A DNA stretch of 64,000 nt from Amoebophrya sp. A120 (lineage: Eukaryota > Protista > Dinoflagellata). Under the pieces are notes generated by a model. The model was not told the origin of the DNA. It saw only the letters and a program-made list of their open reading frames with translations, and did not search any database. Positions 36,301-50,134 of this stretch are shown here, in pieces. The stretch spans positions 3,016,658-3,080,657 of the forward strand of contig CAJINV010000006.1 in assembly GCA_905178155.1 (NCBI GenBank), given 5' to 3'. A program made the translations under genes and the position numbers. Positions within the stretch are counted from its first letter, which is position 1. Every line of letters begins with the position of its first letter.

Positions 36301-39300
36301 AAGATGCAACGATGATGGAGGTGCCGGGCGGCGGCAACAGAAACACCAACTCGCTCAATGAATCACGTCGTGGTCCTCGGGACCGCCAAGCAGAAGTAGA
36401 TTTTTACCCGCCAGAAAGGACGTCGAGGGCCGGCGCGCCGTTGGTGCAGCAGATGGACATCGCACATCGTGGGTCCACTACCTCGCTTGTTCCTGTCAAT
36501 CAGCGCAGCCAAAATAGTAATCAACACGCGCCGTTGTTCAAAGGCGCAGGGACGAGGTATGAGAGTGCACAACACCCCGTTCCCTCTATTTGGAGAGATT
36601 TTACGGCATGAGAAACACCAGCGAGCAACGAGACGGTGCATAACAAGTTCCTGGGCCATATGTAGGACTTATTGCAACTTCGAAGTTTTTCATGCGAGCA
36701 GTGCAGCCACGAGGTAGCGCAGCGTAGGAATGGTATATATAGGATTTTGCATGACATCAAGTGATGAGGGGAAGGGGGAGTTCTTGTGCACTCTCATACG
36801 AGGGGGCAGAATGACTACGGCGGAATAAGAACAGGCAAATCTTCGTTACATCACGACCCCGCTGCTGAGCATCATCGTGCAGTAGATGAAGGTCAGTTTG
36901 ACTTTTTCCACTCTTTAACTGCGGGCTCTGCACCAGCTGGAGGGAATAACAAGAAGCTCCTGCACCAAAAGAACGGCTCCAAGTTGAAGGGAGGCGGTTC
37001 AGTACATGGCGGCCAGCGTGGTCAGCACTCTTCTTCGCAGAAGGGCGTGGGAAAACCGTCGCAGATGAACTATTCCTACGAACAGCAGGGTAGTATCAAC
37101 ATGAATAAAAGCAAAAATAAAGGACCACAAGTTCATCTGCACCACCAGAAAACGAACAATTACAACACCTCTGGCAACAACAACAAAACCGTTTCCCGGT
37201 CCACCAAACAAGCGGAAAAAGCGCTCTCGTCCTACATTGTGTCTTCTGCCGCAGCGGAAAGAAAGCAAGCCATTCCGATTGGGAAACAGAAACAGTTTCC
37301 GGTAATTCTCGCCGACAACTGCGATTTGTGCCTCGTAATGCACCACATCACCGACATGAAGCTGCTGCCCGACGAAATTTCGGAGATTGCGAAGGCTTTG
37401 GAGCTGAGCAAAATCGGGGTCATGAAGTTCAACGACATTGTATCCGCAGTGGAATTTGTCAAGCGGGTGGAGAATGTCTCGAAAAAAATTTTCGGGCAGT
37501 TTCTACCCTTGTGTGACGGGATAGGAGGCGGCGGGGGAAATTATACGACGCAGGGGTCGTACCCGTACCAGAAAAATACAACTGCTGCTCAGGACTCTCA
37601 CTCTGCTACAGTTCCATCTTCTTTCGCGACGAATAGTGAAGATCAAAGTGGTGCTCAACCTGTCGGAAACACGACATCGAATGACACACAAGCAGAACGG
37701 GCAAGTACTCGGCAGCAAAATCTCCCGCCGTTTTTGCAAAACTGGATTGATACTAACTTTTCCATCACCGGCCTGCCTTCCATGCCTACTTCGTCCAACG
37801 AGGACTTTGCTTCTGGAACTACCGGCACGACAGCAGCACATCTCTCTGCGCAGAAAAACGAACTGCTATTCGAGCTTTGGCGACGGATTGTGAAAGAGGA
37901 ATTAATTCAGGCAGAGTGTCTGTACGAGAATTTTTCCCTGGACGCGCTCGGCGAGTTGAATTGTTTGGAGGGAAGTTCTTCAAATACTGCCGGCGGGAAG
38001 AGGAATCAACACTCTGCTTCTTATCATCGGGAAGATAACGACAGTGACGGCGGGAGGCAGGCCAATGTGTCCAGCAAGTCCGGCATTAAGGGGGATCATC
38101 ATGTAGTGGGAGGCAATGAAGAAGAAGAACCAAGTTCATTTCAACACGGCATCAACAACGAAGGAAAAAAAGCCCCGAATACGGACTATGTTCCTCCTGC
38201 AGAGAACGCGGATTCCCTGTGGGCAAAGCGTGATGACCACGTGCAGCTCACGGACAGTGCGAGTTTTAACATTTGCCGCGACGACCAAGAGGATCATGGC
38301 AACTACCTCGGTACTATGAACAATGCAGAGGAGCGCCAAGAAGTAAAGGAAAACGGAGAAGAACTTCTACCCTGGGCAGCTGCTGCTTTACTCCCGGGCA
38401 CGACCGCAGCGACTGCTGAGGTTGTGACGCTGGATAGAAGTTCTTGTCACTACGGACACGGTGCGGCTGGTAGTTCATTCGAAGAGGAGAGCAGGGATTC
38501 AAACAAGATTGATTTCCCAGATTATGATCAAGATCACGACCACGCCGACGACGACAATCTGTGGGGTAAGCGTGCGGATTCGAAATCTAGCATTCACGAT
38601 GGACACCTTCATGCTAGTGCGACGATGAGAAACAGTAGGAACAACAGCAGTCATCTCGAGTCGCCCACTCTGCCCCTGGTGTTATCTTCTCCGCCTGGAA
38701 GAACAAGTGAACTCAACCGCCGGCCAGACCCCCCTACCACAGCCCCACCGCCGTACAGCTCGATCCTATCGCAGCAAGACATTCCGTCGCCCATGACCAG
38801 CCCGGCGATAGCGCTACGGCGGCCGAGTGCAGAAACGCCGGTCGACCGTGTAGAGGATGATGATGCTGATGCCGGTGGTTCAGGTTCTTCTCCCATAGTT
38901 GCTACTGGTGAAATAGCAGAACATGATGGAAAGAATGACAACAGCGCGGCAGTTGTACCAGAAGGTGGCCTTGGCACCGACGAAGAATACCTTAGTGCGA
39001 TGAAGGAGATGAACAGCACCAGTCTGAAAGACCAAATCATTTCCTCCGCGAGAGAGCTTCTACCCAGCGCTACGTCGAACACAGCAAATAAATCGCAAAA
39101 CGCCACAACGATGGGGCCCAACATCACGCAGAAAAAACCAAACTTCCGGATGTGCGGTATTTTCGTGCGCGATGCGCACGTGGGGCACAAGCAAGGGAAC
39201 GCTTTTTTTGTCATTTACCCGGAACCCATCATCGACCCAATGCTGCTTGACATGGAGGAGGAGACGGCGCTGAACAAGCACGACAGAGTTCTGCAACAAG

Positions 39301-42300
39301 ACTCCTTGAGGAGCCAGAATGCTGACCAGGAAGATGTCGAAGAAGATGCGTCTTCTGCCGCTTCCTCTTCTTCCTCCAGCACTAATCTGATGGAGTACCA
39401 CCTGGAAAAGCGGGCGAAGTTACTGCACGGCTTACTGGAAAACCCGACCCAATTATCCACAGAAAAAAGTAGCCTTTTGCACATTCAGCAACACAGAGTT
39501 TTTGTTCTGCATGATGCCATCAAGGAGTTTTTACAATGCGGAGATCATAAGGGAAAGCATGCATTTCAGGCATGACAGAGACGGTCTGTGTCGCGTGTCC
39601 CGCAACACAAGGCGCTTTTTTGTCTGCATAAAGATCCACGTTTCTGCGACGGAAAATGATTTTCACCTTCCCCGAAGATCTGTACAGCCAGATGATGCGC
39701 CTCCGGCTGTTTGACCGGCACTTGGAAACCCGAAAGGAGATCTTGAAAGCCCGGGCTGGGGAAGAAAAAATCATGGCGTTGCAAAACGAAGTGAATCAGC
39801 ACAGTGGTGATCAAAATGGGGATGAGCAAATCCGAAGGCAGAACAACAAGTCCGTTACCGAGCTAAACGAGGAACTCGAAATTGCGGATTCGGGGCACCG
39901 CCCGTGGGTTCTCGGGGTCTGTGAAAAAGACCGACCCAGCAAGCCGGTGGATTTATTGTCCAGCGGGCAAAACGAGAATTTGCTCGCGAGACTGCAACAA
40001 GACCCGGAGTTTCGAAACCGCTACCCGACCGCTCTGGGGGCCGTGCCCGGGTGCTGTAACGAGAAATTATCAAATGCAAATATGTCTGGGTCTGGATCTG
40101 GAAGACTGCGAGACTTGTCATGCTTGTCTGGCATGACTCTGGACTCTGTGTTGCGTGGCCACAAACAGCTCCCTCCGCCTGTCATGCAAAAACGCAGCTT
40201 CCTATGCGGAATACGCAACATCACAGCGCGACGAAGAAACCTGTCATGCTTCACGGTGCATTACAGAGTGCTGTAGTATTCGCTGAGCTGCATTACAAGT
40301 TTCCAGACCCAGACATATTTGCAATGCATAAAAATGGGTGGAATACTACTTGTGTCCCTCAACGTTTTCTGCGGTGTCGCTCGGGAACTTGTTTTTCAGC
40401 TGGTTCTCGCACAGAGGGGGCATTCGGGGCGACTGGCTCTGCGTTCTGTCGCACAGTGGCGTGAAAGGGGACGAAGCTAGAAATGCTTCGGGTTCGGGGA
40501 AAAAGAACGGTGGAAACAACAATAAAAACGCGAAGCTGTTGTTCGATTCCAAGGTCGCACCCCCGGGGATTTTGAATCGCCCCAAAGTGGCGTCGAAACC
40601 GCTAGAAGTAGGGGAAGAAGTAGTTCCTGGGACCACTACTGCAGTGACCACCGCAAACAAGAACAACGGCGAAAATTTTGACAAGAAAAGCACTAACGGG
40701 GAGCAAGTCGTATTGGAGAACGAAATCGATAAGTGGCTGAAGGAGAAATTCAAACTCTCGTCCAAGGAGGCCAAGGGAGTAGAAGACAGCGAGCACACAA
40801 TGGACCTCCAAAATCTTCTGCGTGCAGAACGGTACAGCCGACAGCACTTATAACAACAACGAAGTAGGCCATCTTTCCACGAACCAAACGGACACAGTTG
40901 AGGCCCTGCGCATGATCCCGCTGGCCCGGTTGTTCTGGCTGCTAGAGGGGGAAAGAGACGCGGACAAGCGAAACAAGTTCCACATCAAGGCGTTCCAGAT
41001 CTGGAGCTCGAAGAACACGCTGAAAAAACCGACCCATGACAACCCGAACAGAGTGGCACCACTAGCGCAGGGGAATACCAACACGGGGGGGAATGTGTAC
41101 TCGAGTTGTGCTGGTACAACTGCTCTTTCCCAGCAACAAGACCAACAGCTTTCCTGCTACGTTTTGTCGCCAAAAATGAAGTGGCTGTGCGAGAAAATTG
41201 TCCTGTCCACGAAAACCACCTCGAAGCAGTTACAGCAGCAAGGAATTGATGTCGAGGAGAGTGAAGATCTTCTGGATGATGTTGTGGCCTCTGACAACTC
41301 CCAGGTCCTGGCAACGACTACGAGGACGTCGCAAGAAGTACTGTCATCTTCCTCCTCCTCCTCCACAGTAGTTCACGTTGAAGCTGGTAGTACAACGACC
41401 GCGGGGCGCGGCGCTATTAGTTGTGACCCTGCTACATCAACTACAACTGTGGTATCAGGAACTACATCAGAGATTTGCACCACTACAACGGTCATCACCT
41501 CGCACACGACGACCAACAAAACGCTGTACAGTGTCAAGAAGACCCCGGGGCCGATCTACAGTGCCGGTGGCGCGTCGTTTCTGGAGCCGGGAGAGACTTT
41601 TGTGAACGGAGAAGTTGAGAATGTGCGGGTGGTGCCAAGAGTGGGAAAACGAGGAACAACTGGGGGAGCAGGAGGTGGAGAAAAGTGCTGGAATAGAAGA
41701 GACCATGACGACAGCACGATGGCGCACGACACCCGAAGGGAAGGAGATCAAGAGGTTTTTGACCATGACACAACCCAAAGCTGCAGCAACAAAATCGATC
41801 ACGTCGAAGTGTTCTGGAATGACAGGCGCAAGCCACGGTGCTTTATGAGAGTGCACAACTCCCCCTCCCCCTCATTTGTGATGCAAAATCCCAGATCCAA
41901 TTGCTGCCTTCTGGCACTGTATGCATCACAAATTTTGGAAGCCCATCAAACAGCAGTACTACATTGGGCGCATAAATTTGTCATGCACAGCATCCACGTG
42001 TGCTAGTGTTTGTATTGCAGTTCGCGCAATACAAATGAGGGGGAGGGGGAGTTGTGCACTTTCATATGCTTAACGATCGACCCGCTTGACGGCCCGGTCA
42101 CTATTTTGACAAAGCCGTATCCAGGAAAAAAACTGTGTGAGTGTAACTGTGTAGGAAGAGCAGCATCACAAATTCGCTTTGCATTACAGGGAAAACCTGT
42201 CATGCGCAGCTAGAACGTGGAAATACGTATGGAATTAGCCTATGACGCAGATCTAGCATGACAAGTGTAACAGTTTTGCACTTTCTGCATCACAGATTTA

Positions 42301-45151
42301 CACTCACATAGTTTTTTTCTTGCATAAGCCGCCCATCTGCTGTAGTGACACAACTGGTGGTGCAAAAATATGGCGTTCTCAACTGTTACATTCTCAACTG
42401 TTACATGAATTTGTCATGCAGAACTACCATCAAGATCCACACGAGAAAGCTGCTTCGCATGACAAATTTGCGAAGGGCTAAACAGCGCCTAAATCTGTGC
42501 AGAACTTGTAATGCCAGAGGTGCAGCCTCCCCCCTTTCACTTTTGCAATTCTTGCATCACAAAGCCATGTAACAGTTGAGAATGTAACAGTTGAGAACGC
42601 CATAAAAAATGAACGACGAGAAGTTCATCTCTAGTAGCTCTGCTGGAGGTGCAGGAGCTGTAGTGAAGATGAACACCGACGATGGCAGAAGTACAACCGC
42701 ATCCACCTCCTCCACCTCTTCTTTCTACGTCGACGGGCTCGTGAATGCCGCGGCCGCTTCGGTGAATCTGATTCCCCCGTGCGACGAGGGAGCTATATGC
42801 AAGAAAAAAACTGTGTAAGTGTAAATTTGTGTTGCAGAAGATGCAACAGAGTTACACCTGTCATGCCAGACAGCCATGAGGTCCTCTTTTCATGTGTGTT
42901 TTCCCTTACAAACCATGTATGACAGGTTTTCTCTGTCATGTAGAGCAAATTTGTGATGCTGTTCCTCAAAGGAAGTTACACTTACACACTTTTTTTCCTG
43001 GATAAGCTAGTTACATGACGGAGCATAATTACGGAACCACAACAGTGACTAGAACCACGGGTTCTTTTGCAGCTTCGCAAAATCTTCTAAATCAACAGCA
43101 GTACAACAATAGCAAAAATTCCAACCAAGAAAACGACTTCCAACTGCACCGCAACGCCGCGAGACACTGTAAAACCGCCTTTAATAACGGAGGTGTGGCC
43201 GCCTCCGCAAGTGGTGACGGCGCTGTTGTTCCATCATCGCAGCGCGAAACTGAAGATGATGTTGGTGGTGCAACAAACCTCAAAAACAACAACAAAATTC
43301 TAGAATCCCACTCCACCCGCATGATTGAATTTCACTGCTCCCATATGCAAGAAAAAAACTCATGTAAGTGTAAGTCTGTGATGCAGAAAGTGCAAAGTTG
43401 TTTACACTTGTCATGCTGGATGTGTGTCATAACCCACTTTCATACGTGTTTTCACGTACTAGCTGCGCATGACAGATTTTCCCTGTAATGCAAAGCGATT
43501 TTGTGATGCTGCTCTCCCTACAAACTTACACTTAATACACAGTTTTTTCCCTGGATATCCCACAGTATTTCCAACGGCTCGCTGAAAATCGGGGTGCTCG
43601 TGCGGGAAACGAACCCGGCTACCAACCAGAGCTTCTGGGTATCATATGTAAAGACGTCCCCACCCCATAGTTGTAATGCTGGTCTGCATGCTCATGCTGA
43701 AAATGTTTGTCATGGGGAGCCCCATGAGAAGCATTTTCTAAATCGTGTTTTGGAATTTGTGATGCTCCAATCAGCATGATGCGCTAGATCTGGGATGCTG
43801 CAAAACTACCTGAACAGGATTACTCTACGAGGCCAAAAAACTTGTCATGCGCAACAGCCAAAGCGTAGTTATATATTTGTCTTGCAGATTTCCCAAGAAC
43901 TTGGCTATGGGGTGGGGACGTTTTTGCACAGGATTCTGGGCGGAGAAAACCACGATGGCGACGGCCGGCGCGAGAAGGCGAACGCGGAGAAACGCAAAGT
44001 TTGTGGCGAAATTAAAGGGAGAAGGATACGCCGTCGGGAGCGACAACGAAGGTGATTTTCAGCACGATCCTGAGTTCGCGGAGGAAGTATCCTGTGCAAA
44101 AGTATCGTACTCGTATTGCATAATCATGCATTTACAAATCTTTTCCTCAAGGTAAATTAGCATTAGAAATTTTCTCTCTCATGCTGAGGAAATTTGTAAT
44201 GCATTTATACGAGTACGATGTTGCTTTTGCACTGCATAGGAAGATGCGGTCGATGATGCGAAGGTCGACGTTGAAGACCAGGATTACAATACCCTGAGCA
44301 AAAACGTCCCCACCCCATAGTCAAGTTGCAAACTCGGCAACACAAATCCAGAAGTTTTGGGAGCCACGCATGACAAGTTCGTCTCTGTTGTATTGTAAGT
44401 GCATCTACTTAGCAAGGACAGCCGCATCACAAACCCATCTCTTTATCCTGTTTACAGCATTACAGAAACAGATCCCAAAACACGACTAGAAATGGCTCTC
44501 ATTGGAATGCGCATTACAAGTCTTTCTATCTTTGCAAATCTGCATGACAACCCTGGGGTGTGGACGTTTTTACTCAGGATATACAACTACCTGCAGCACG
44601 GTGGAGCCAGGTCTTCCAACATGTCGACCGCGGTACGGCCGCGCGGAGGAGGTGGTCAGCAGACGTATACCTCCCGAGGAGGCCCAAGAACTTCCACTTC
44701 GGCCAATCGCGGTAGCACTTTCTACCAGCAACCGCAAGCGGGCCACCGTGGAAACAAGAATTACAACAGGATGTCGTCGACACGGGAAGTAGAACACCGA
44801 GGTGAAGGATCAGCGGTAGAGTACGATCCTCGTCAAGGAGCGGCCCGCGGCCCGCAAAATAGTAATCCTCGTGGTCAACAGCAGTATCGGATGAACGGAG
44901 CAGGACCAGAAGCGCCACCACTTCGTGCAGCAGGAGGTTCTACTTTTCAACAAAACCAACAACGAGACGCACAACTACAACACCCGGGGGGCACCAGCAG
45001 CTCTTTGTTCAATCGTAACAAGCAGCACACGACAGCGACATCAATATCTTCGGGTAACAGCTACAATTATTCATCGCACCACGAAATAAACTACCGCGGA
45101 TCGAACAATGCTGGAGGAATGTCGTCGGCGTCGAATGGGCGTTTTTACTAG
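33305..45151 (+). CDS. Very large, mostly low-complexity hypothetical protein; 12 introners plus at least 2 probable GT-AG introns
   Basis: ORFs 33305, 34969, 36258, 36786, 39656, 40338, 40822, 42609, 43015, 43594, 43847 and 44399 join; all 12 introner junctions are in frame; GT-AG links near 34520 and 40822 are inferred. Confidence 0.65.
35924..36208. mobile_element. Introner family E
   Basis: Family E TIRs; TSD CGACG. Confidence 0.9.
36558..36798. mobile_element. Introner family C
   Basis: Family C TIRs; TSD CGAGG. Confidence 0.9.
39454..39630. mobile_element. Introner, J-like termini, diverged
   Basis: TATCCACAGAAAAAAG...CTTTTTTGTCTGCATA; TSD CCAAT/AAGAT decayed but frame restored. Confidence 0.75.
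40068..40330. mobile_element. Introner family A
   Basis: Family A TIRs; TSD GAAAT/AAAAT. Confidence 0.9.
41844..42066. mobile_element. Introner family C
   Basis: Family C TIRs; TSD TGCTT. Confidence 0.9.
42118..42326. mobile_element. Introner family D
   Basis: Family D TIRs; TSD AGCCG. Confidence 0.9.
42369..42604. mobile_element. Introner family F
   Basis: TATGGCGTTCTCAACTGTTACATTCTCAACTGTTACAT and its exact reverse complement; TSD AAAAA. Confidence 0.9.
42796..43004. mobile_element. Introner family D (opposite orientation to 42118)
   Basis: Family D TIRs; TSD AGCTA. Confidence 0.9.
43344..43557. mobile_element. Introner family D
   Basis: Family D TIRs; TSD TCCCA. Confidence 0.9.
43640..43935. 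mobile_element. Introner family E (ends ATT)
   Basis: Family E TIRs; TSD CTGGG. Confidence 0.9.
44088..44238. mobile_element. Introner family B
   Basis: Family B TIRs; TSD GGAAG. Confidence 0.9.
44290..44581. mobile_element. Introner family E (TAC start)
   Basis: Family E TIRs; TSD TACAA. Confidence 0.9.
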
Positions 45152-45154
45152 AAC

Positions 45155-46359
45155 AAAAGTGGCGGTATACGTGTAGTTGTACACCGAAATTTTTCACTCG
45201 ATTGCGCCAGAATTTGAGCCAGAACTTGATCCAGAACTTGCTCCAGAACTTGTTCCAGAACTTGTCTCAGAACTTGTCTCAGAACTTGTCGCAGAACTTG
45301 TTCCAGAACTTGCCTCAGAACTTGCCAGGAGCTTGATTTTGTGCCCTTTTTTGGCCCACCTTTTTGTCCCGTACCACGACGGCACGGCCGTTTTTTTCCC
45401 TTCTTTTTTCCGGCCCCCGAAAACCGTCTCGGCAAGTTCCTGAACAAGTTCTGAGACAAGTTCTGACACAAGTTCTGGGACACACGAGCTCGGCGACAAG
45501 TTCTGGACCAAGTTCTGCGCCAAGTTCTGAGGCTCGCAAGTTCCGGGAAGAGTTGGGGCTCTGGAGCAAGTCCCGCAGCAAGTTCCCGAACAAGCCCCGG
45601 GACAATTCGCGCCGTAACACGTTCCCGCGCTAGCGCCCCCCCCCAGCAAGCCCTTTGGGAAGTATATTCGGAGCAAGCGAGCCCCACCACGGGGCCCGCG
45701 GGCGAGCGTGGTTCGGGCCCTGTTGCTGGGAGGAGTGCTATGTCGGATCGAGCGCGCCGGCTTTTGCCGCTGCATGCCAGCGGCGTGCTCTTGGGGGCGG
45801 CGCGCTGCGGGGGCGCGGCCAGGCAGACAGCCCCGCAGCGAGCCTTGTCGGCCGGCCACATCTTCGGCGCCCCGGGGTTTTTTTGAATGGATTGTGGGTA
45901 CAGGGATGCGGTGTTCCGCGCTTTGGCAGTGAAGCCGGTCTGGGTGTTCGGCGCAGTCTTTTCCCCCCTCGGCAGGCGAGCGGCGTAGGTGGGCCGGGCC
46001 CTGGCGCCGAGTGGCCCCCCGGAGTGTTTTCTTTGTTGTCATTGCCTCGCGGGCCGCTGAAGCGCGTTGCTTTATTCCCCGTTACGTTTGCCCAGCAAGC
46101 GAAGCCGCGTGCCACCGTGTAACGCGCGTTACACGCTGGCGCTGGCCTTTCGCCTGAGAAGGCTGGCTAAGCAGGCAGGACGCTCGAAACTCGCTCACTG
46201 GCCGCGCGGGGCCCTACTGGTTTGACCCTCCCGGAAACGGGCCGAACAAGTTCCGCGCAAGATCTGCGCGAATTCGGGGCACCATACATCTAGACCCATG
46301 CTTTCGGAGTAAAAAAGTGGCGGTATACGTGTAGTTGTACACCGAAATTTTTCACTCGA
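45155..46359. mobile_element. GC-rich non-coding cassette bounded by identical 47-bp direct repeats
   Basis: AAAAGTGGCGGTATACGTGTAGTTGTACACCGAAATTTTTCACTCGA at 45155-45201 and 46313-46359. Confidence 0.7.
45206..45610. repeat. Two mutually inverted arrays of a 12-bp unit (core CAGAACTTG / CAAGTTCTG) around a T-rich spacer
   Basis: About 10 tandem nnCAGAACTTGn units at ~45206-45326; reverse-complement units from ~45432 onward. Confidence 0.9.
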
Positions 46360-48309
46360 AATGAAACCTGTGTCGTGGAATTATACAGTCGTGAATTGAG
46401 GTCTGTAATTGGCTATGTTTATTGTTTCCACGTCGTCGACGACCCATGATATTTTTGACACCTGCTCCGGGTCGTCGTGTAAGCAATTGCAATTCTATTT
46501 TTTGCTTTTTTTCTAGCTATGCTCTCGCTTTTGTTTCAACGAGATTGATTTTCAATGAAGCGTTGCTGTGTGGCGTTTATTTTCTTCTGCCGGCTACAAC
46601 GTCAAGAAGTGTCGAGAAGCTGATCGGCGAAAGCTTTTCCATACAAACCGACGAAAGCGAACGGAGCTAAAAGCTATCTCAGTGTTTATCAACAATCTTG
46701 AGGAGCTTGCGCTAGCGCCACTGTAGCTACGTACTAGCACGTTTGCGATATTATTCTTGTTGCAGAAAGAACTAAAGATATCGATTTTTTATGCAGTTAA
46801 TTTGCATTCATCTTTTTGAAGTCAGATCTAAATAAATTTGTCGAAAGAAGAAATACAACGTATGAAAGTATTTCGACTTCTCAGCCTCACGTTGCAGTTT
46901 TTTTCTTAAATAGAGTCGAAAGCTACAGACAACACAGAGAGAAAATAAATATCCGCATAATTCCCAACGGCTCTACTCCTTCCATCTTATCTATTTTTTA
47001 TAGAATATTTTTGGACCAAGCAGGCCCGCGCGAGACGGCTATCAGTTTCAGTTGGTTGCAGGCGTAGAAGAACTCAGGAAGATGTATATAGAGGACGTAG
47101 GAAAATAAATTTGAATTTCTGTTTGTTAGTACAATCGCGGCAGTTGGTGTGCGTAGTTGCGACTATCTTGCAACTTACTACCAGCAGAACTACGAATCTG
47201 AAGTTATTGAATATCGGCCTCAAGAACAGTAGTACTACACGTCGGGAGGTCAGTTGTGCCTGGACGTCGTGCCAGGATAGGATATATTCTGGTTAGTTCG
47301 ACGCACAAGAAGGTAGTCAGTAATATATTCGTTTCCATAAGGCTAAGAACATATCTAAATTTCGGCTCTTCCGCTCGTTCGAACTTTTACTCGGACGCGA
47401 GTCGAGTCAGCGGGCGGCTGATATAGACACTTGAAGAAGGTGCTCCTGCCGGCGAGGCTGACCAGCGGTGGGGACTGCTACTTGCATAACAAATTTTTTA
47501 TCAGACAGTAGCTCGACGCATAATTAACAAAAGCAATAGCTTCTGTAAATGCTTTCTAGAAGGATCAGCAAGCGGCTATTTTTTCTTGCGGCTTTATTTT
47601 ACAGAGTATAATACCCTGTTTGTATTGGTACGGAGTTGTCTCAATTATATCATTTTCAGCAAGCGGCTGTTTTTGGGCTTCTCCACGGCGAAATGAATAT
47701 GGTTTACACTCTCCTACTGATAAAAAGTAGCAAGTGAAAAAAAATCTCCAGAGCAGAGTTCTAGTGGGCAAGCGGCCCACTTCTGCGACATTTTCATCTA
47801 TACGGGGTCCTCTGTTTCTAGTAGTAATTTTTTCGCTATGATGATGAATCCGATGATGTTGTCAGGAGCTAGTAAAAAAGGTGGAAAATTGTTGTTTACT
47901 GCAAATTATTGCACGGTACCACATCACGAAAGAGACTGCCAAAAAAATTCTCTCGCACCCAGACTCGTCCACCGCCTGGAGAAGAATCCTGTCAGAATGG
48001 TACTTAATATCGTCACTGGACAAAATAAAGTAGTACAACAATTAGGGGTGAGATAAAGATAATATTCGACTTCATTCACGTCGTTGTCTATTGGAACTAG
48101 AAGCACATCCACAACTAACTTCTCAAGCCCGCACAGGGCGAGCACAATAAACTAACTGTAGATGGTACAACTAGTAGTAAATCTTTACCAGGAAATAGAG
48201 GCCCCTGCGCCACGCAGGTCTATGCGTTTTTGGCAACATAGAAGCCGCGTCACGCTGACTGCTGGAACAATCGGGACAGCTGTGTCTTTGGTAATAAATT
48301 ATGCCCTCG

Positions 48310-48450
48310 TATCCTGTGCAAAAGTATCGTACTCGTATTGCAGTCATGCATTACAAATCTTTTTCTTACGGTAAATCCGCATTACAAATTTCATTTCTCA
48401 TGCTTAGGAAGTAATGCATTTATACGAGTGCGATGCTTTTGCAGTTCATA
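48310..48450. mobile_element. Introner family B
   Basis: Family B TIRs; TSD CCTCG; host gene not resolved. Confidence 0.9.
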
Positions 48451-50134
48451 CCTCGCTGTGTCTTTGGTACTAATTATTCTGATAGAGATTCCTTCTTTTC
48501 AGTTGCGTTTTTTTTTTGTCTATTACCGCGAGGATTTTCATTTGGCATGTCGAATTTCATCGCTTTTCTTGCTGGCATAAAAATGATTCGGTAGTTTTGT
48601 CAAATACAAGGTTTCAACATCGAGTAGAGCAATGATTGAGGTATTTGAATACGCTCGTTGTTCCTTTTTAAAGCGTCAACCAAAAGATATCGCACCTGTT
48701 TCTAATTTCATCTAGGGCGCAAAGTGACAACATTTTTGATACCGCACTTGTAAATCAGCTGCTCGTGAATTTGCGAAGATAAAAACTTGTTGTATCTGTA
48801 GCCCGACAATTACTGCGCCATGTTTCAAGAATTGATCAGAAATTCGACAAGCAAATATGCCCTTTGCACAAGAAGGACTAGTATCTGTAGCTGATATCCC
48901 CTGCGGGTGCAGTCCATATATTTCACCGGAATACAACAACAGACCACGCTTTCAAAAATATGCTTGTATGGGCACAATTTGTAGTTGTTTCGAGGTCAAC
49001 TAATCGTAATCCAAGAAGTAGAGTTTGAATTCACTGGAAGTACAATCGGACGAGAGGCTTCTACTATGGTGGAAATAAAATACTAAAAATAATATGAATG
49101 TTTTTACTATTCCGCCGAGGACTACAGCAGCTTGTGGCTGTGGTACAACAAGGCGTCGCTTAGATGTTGGTCAGATCGAACCACGAAATAATCTGAAAAA
49201 TTCTCGAAGAAATATAAGGCGATGCAGTTGCGTAAAAATATTAAATCTCGACGACGTGCTGTCATAATCTAGAACGTCGTCAGCGGGTCCGATAAGTGAA
49301 TCCTCGACCTCCACCAATGGGAGCTCGAGTACATTGATGTTCCAACGTTGGAACAGGAACAAGAACAACTTCTGCGGTTGTCCGCGACCTGATGCAGAAA
49401 GAAGTACTAAACAGATCTTGTAAAAATTAGGCTGTTGACCTGGATAAAATTGATACGGAAAACAAGATGTAGCAAGCACCGCACATTCGTTCCGCAAATA
49501 AATCAATGTAGTTGATGAAGGTTTCTTGAAATAAACTTCACGCCGCGACGAGTTTTTACCACGATAATCGATCTTCAGACTTATTTTCAACCCTGGACGA
49601 TCCGCATCCGAACTCGAAACTACGCGTGCCGATCTGTTCTTAGTTCCGGGTAGTTGTTCCACTTTGTATTTGCAGCACACGATAATTTCTTAATTCCTAA
49701 TCTTATCATCATAGCAGCCTTGAATGATATGATTTGGTCTTGATGTTGCTTCATGTTGTTTTGAAAAATACTTCAACTCCCATCATGTGAAAACAGCGAC
49801 ACAAGAAATATTACCGCCAGTTTGTTGATTTCGGATGAGGTATCTACGTAGTAATTTCCACGACAAGTACATGATGAATTAGGCCCGCAGAATCTAGATA
49901 GTTATTCGCATTGTCTCCACCATAATTTAGCCTACTGCCTAGCGTTATCTTCACTTCGGGCACCACGACCAGGAGGACTTCGCTCTAGGAGCAGCGTCCG
50001 CCACGACGAGGATCTCTTGTTGCACGACCTCTACTGCTCCGGCGCCAGGGCGTTTGATCTGATATACTTTCGTCCAGCAGTTGTGGAGACAGAAACAATA
50101 ACCCAAGCCCCTTGACCCCCCAAACCACGACAAG

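Noticed and set aside
45206-45610. CRISPR array or PEL-repeat protein
   Set aside because: 12-bp units with no unique spacers, inverted arrangement, no cas genes, eukaryotic context
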